From the NCBI GenBank assembly GCA_951406725.2, contig OX597829.1:24366001-24430000 (forward strand): 64,000 bases of DNA, written 5' to 3'. Shown here one piece after another: positions 62,717 to 64,000 of this stretch. Source of the stretch: Octopus vulgaris. Lineage: Eukaryota. The position numbers and the translations under genes are program-made. The first letter of the stretch is position 1, and the number at the start of each line of letters is the position of its first letter. The notes under the pieces are model-generated. The model saw only the letters and a program-made list of their open reading frames with translations, was not told the DNA's origin and searched no databases.

Positions 62717-64000
62717 ATATATATATATATATATATATATATGAGGACACCAAAATCTTTTGACCTCTATGGGTTTTAAACCAGCCTTGATTATATGCAA
62801 TCAATTAGTGTAGTAATAATCATTATACAATGGAAAAGGGGAACTTTAGAGATAAGAATTTATAGAGCATCAAATTGTAAGATCAGTCTATGAAATTAGA
62901 GAGAGAGACAACACAATTGATCCATGGTAGCCTTAGTCTAGATGAAATATAGATCAGCTGTATGTTTGGAAGAGGCACCACACTGAATCTTCCTGAGAAC
63001 TACGTTAAGGGTACACGTGTCTGTGGAGTGCTCAGCCACTTGCATGTTAATTTCATGAGCAAGCTGTTCCATTGTTCGTATCAGCTGGGACCCTTGTCGT
63101 CACAGCCGACGGAGTGCTCTTATAAGGAAAATTAGTGTAGACAAATGGCTTGGGAGGTTTGTACGAGTTGCCATTTTATGAGACCATCTGTTTTTTTATG
63201 GGATAGTTTTGGACAAATGACTTTGTAAATTGTACGGCAATTTGCATTTCTATAGAATTTGAAATTTCTTTTAGGAAATATATTTGTGTGCATAGTTGGA
63301 TAGGAGAGTGTGGTTAGTCAATATGTTGCTATCTGGAACTGTGAGGATGTCTGATCTGCCTGTGGTGGTTGTAAATGATGAATGCTTTTCAATTATAAAA
63401 GCCCATGTTTGTAGTGTGTGTGTGTGTGTGTGTGAATTTGTATTTCTGTACAATTTTATTGGAAAATATATTTATGAGTGGATGGGTGCATGTGTGTTCC
63501 CCAGGTGGATGGGATGCCAGTCCATCGCAGCATTACTCATTTTTGCCAGCTGAGTGGACTGGAGCAACTTGAAATGAAGTGTTTTGCTCAAGAACACGTG
63601 TCGCCCAGTCCAGGAATCGAAACCACAATCTTACGATCATGATGCAGACACCCTAACCACTAAGCTATGCGCCTCTACACTATATTTTTTAAACTTAAAT
63701 ATTATTAAGAATTGTATTTAAAAAATTATTAAAATATTTTGTTTATTATAGAAGTATAACCAATTTATTGCAGGTAAATTTTAACAATAAAATCTTATAT
63801 GGACCCTGGTTGAGAATCACTGGGCAAGGATTTTATGTAAATTTTTAATACATACACAAACAAATGCAGGTGTGGGCAGGTGTGTTATACACACACAAAT
63901 ATATATTCACACACACACACACACACATATATATATACATACCAGTGGCGTGCGGTGACTTCCAGGGTTGGGCATGCAATGAATTTCTCATTATGATGTT

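Overview
AT-rich, microsatellite- and transposon-dense animal genomic DNA. The repeat content resembles an octopus/coleoid cephalopod; this is an inference from remembered repeat families. The one host gene is the 3' part of HERC2 on the minus strand: 17 coding exons from 50034 down to 22304, all with GT-AG boundaries and consistent phases. They total 2949 nt (982 aa + stop) and encode the last RCC1-like domain and the HECT E3 ligase domain. The upstream exons lie beyond the window. The rest is SINEs, RTE/CR1/Tx1/REL-type LINE fragments, a Penelope-like GIY-YIG relic, Helitrons, and piggyBac, hAT and Tc1/mariner-type MITEs. Most notable: (1) a tRNA-headed short element carrying a minimal hammerhead-ribozyme motif, inserted twice as head-to-head inverted dimers, each bounded by a target-site duplication, plus two other hammerhead-like motifs; (2) two paralogous pre-miRNA-like hairpins in a HERC2 intron; (3) a 312-bp near-perfect intronic inverted repeat and a perfect 27-bp-stem palindrome, both candidate dsRNA/ADAR substrates.
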